A stretch of DNA of 25,331 nt from a virus (Duplodnaviria; Caudoviricetes): positions 1 through 25,331 of the IMG/VR virus record IMGVR_UViG_3300027808_000152, one strand, 5' to 3'. How positions within the stretch are numbered: position 1 is the first letter of the stretch; each line of letters starts with the position of its first letter. The position numbers were made by a program, and so were the translations under genes. Shown here piece after piece: positions 24,259 through 25,331 of the stretch. The notes under the pieces are model-generated. The model searched no databases, was not told the DNA's origin, and saw only the letters and a list, made by a program, of their open reading frames with translations.

Positions 24259-24615
24259 TCAGGCATTAAAGGATACAATGTCTATGTCATAGTACGCTAT
24301 AAAATAATCACGCCATTCTGTAAAACCTGATTCTTTATCGTGAGCAATGTCTAGATCATTCTCCATTTGCCAAGCATGAACATATTCATGCGCTAGTGTA
24401 CCAAACAAATCAAGGTCTGATCCCATCTCGCTAGTGGCAATACGGATTTTATGATTGATCTTTTTTTCTGAGAATTTTTCGCCCTCATACATACCCATGC
24501 AAGGGTCACCATCAAATAGCAAAACCTTAGCCTTTGCAAAGTTAACCCTATGCTTCAAGTTGAATTCATCTTGAAGCATAACCTGAAACAATCTAAATTT
24601 ATCTGATCTAATCAT
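24259..24615 (-). CDS. HExxH zinc metallopeptidase-like protein
   Basis: TLAHEYVHAWQ with a downstream H...F..W. Confidence 0.72.
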   Translation of the reverse strand: MIRSDKFRLFQVMLQDEFNLKHRVNFAKAKVLLFDGDPCMGMYEGEKFSEKKINHKIRIATSEMGSDLDLFGTLAHEYVHAWQMENDLDIAHDKESGFTEWRDYFIAYYDIDIVSFNA

Positions 24616-24617
24616 TC

Positions 24618-24779
24618 TTAGTCCACCTGTATGTCAACAATTATATCATCTTTTACAGTGAAATACATTTCAACCAAACCCATAGAAACCCAAACGCAAG
24701 CGTTACCTTCACGCATAGCATAAAGCTTATCGGGGTAGCGTCTAGCCATATAAGCTTTTACAGTTTCAAAGTTTGTCAT
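24618..24779 (-). CDS. small hypothetical protein (53 aa, not in ORF track)
   Basis: MTNFETVKAYMARRYPDKLYAMREGNACVWVSMGLVEMYFTVKDDIIVDIQVD; AAGGT RBS; promoter at 24807-24834. Confidence 0.65.
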   Translation of the reverse strand: MTNFETVKAYMARRYPDKLYAMREGNACVWVSMGLVEMYFTVKDDIIVDIQVD

Positions 24780-24968
24780 ATCTATTACCTTATTTTGTTA
24801 TATACCATTATACAGGTTTCCAGCATCATGTCAACAATTATTTGATAGGTAGTTTCCCTAGTGTTGTATTTGTGCAAATATAGGGTAATCCCTATTGACA
24901 TACCCCAATTTTATGTGATAAAATTGGCGCCCCAAACCGCAAACAAAAGTATTCATTTGCAGTTTGGG

Positions 24969-24990
24969 TTACAGGGCTATAGCCCTGTAA
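24969..24990. repeat. perfect 22-bp palindrome after the A2-like gene
   Basis: TTACAGGGCTATAGCCCTGTAA. Confidence 0.75.
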
Positions 24991-24995
24991 TGCAA

Positions 24996-25316
24996 TCAGG
25001 CTTTCGCCTTGATAAACTCCACCATCTTAGCCAGTGCAGTCTTATTCGCCTTAGTCAACGAATCAGCATCAGCCTCATTCAAGCCCAAGGCATTAGCAAT
25101 GAAGTCAGCCTGTGCGTCTTTACGCACAACGGCCTCACCAGATTTCGTTACATAAGTTTTCGAAACATAAACCTTCTCACGGGAAAGTTTAGCAACAACA
25201 GAACGAACCGATTTACCCAGTTGTTCAGCGATAGCCTCAACAGTGATGCCAGCTTGGTAGTCGCCTACCATCTTGGCGGTCTGTTCTGTTGTGCAGTTCA
25301 AAGTTTTTGCAGTCAT
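24996..25316 (-). CDS. T5 A2-like DNA-binding protein (paralog 3)
   Basis: MTAKTLNCTTEQT...GKSVRSVVAKLSREKVY...DSLTKANK; same GAAAGGGTTTA leader as paralog 2. Confidence 0.8.
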   Translation of the reverse strand: MTAKTLNCTTEQTAKMVGDYQAGITVEAIAEQLGKSVRSVVAKLSREKVYVSKTYVTKSGEAVVRKDAQADFIANALGLNEADADSLTKANKTALAKMVEFIKAKA

Positions 25317-25331
25317 GATATAAACCCTTTC

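Larger units (their letters stand above)
18137..24930 (+). repeat. dispersed promoter-like repeat TTGACA-N17/18-TATAAT-T1-3-GGCGC (11 complete, 2 deleted copies)
   Basis: -35 starts at 18137, 19203, 19510, 20604, 21181, 21339, 22644, 22729, 23838, 24169, 24895; copies lacking TATAAT at 19265 and 19296. Confidence 0.9.

Overview
Part of a lytic dsDNA phage genome, most likely T5-like (Demerecviridae-type): it carries a T5 Dmp-like phosphatase, four A2/D3-like DNA-binding paralogs, tRNAs and many near-consensus sigma70 promoters. Three blocks are visible. (1) 1-5.5 kb, minus strand: UvsE, small ORFs, tRNA-Arg(TCT), tRNA-Glu(TTC) and promoter-driven structured non-coding RNA candidates, one about 980 nt. 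(2) 5.6-18.0 kb, plus strand: early accessory genes (SleB-like hydrolase, 2OG-Fe(II) oxygenase, GT-B glycosyltransferase, metallophosphoesterase, ThyX, many small ORFs). (3) 18.1-25.3 kb, a pre-early-like region: all genes are on the minus strand, and the spacers are mosaics of repeated modules. These include 11 geneless plus-strand TTGACA/TATAAT/GGCGC promoters, SlmA-like sites, sigma54-consensus sites and other palindromes, several in 26-bp tandem units. A second ncRNA candidate (about 430 nt) here shares its 3' domain with the 980-nt one. The best candidates for undescribed systems are this ncRNA pair and the array of host-protein binding sites. All family assignments are from motif recognition by eye; no searches or folding were run.
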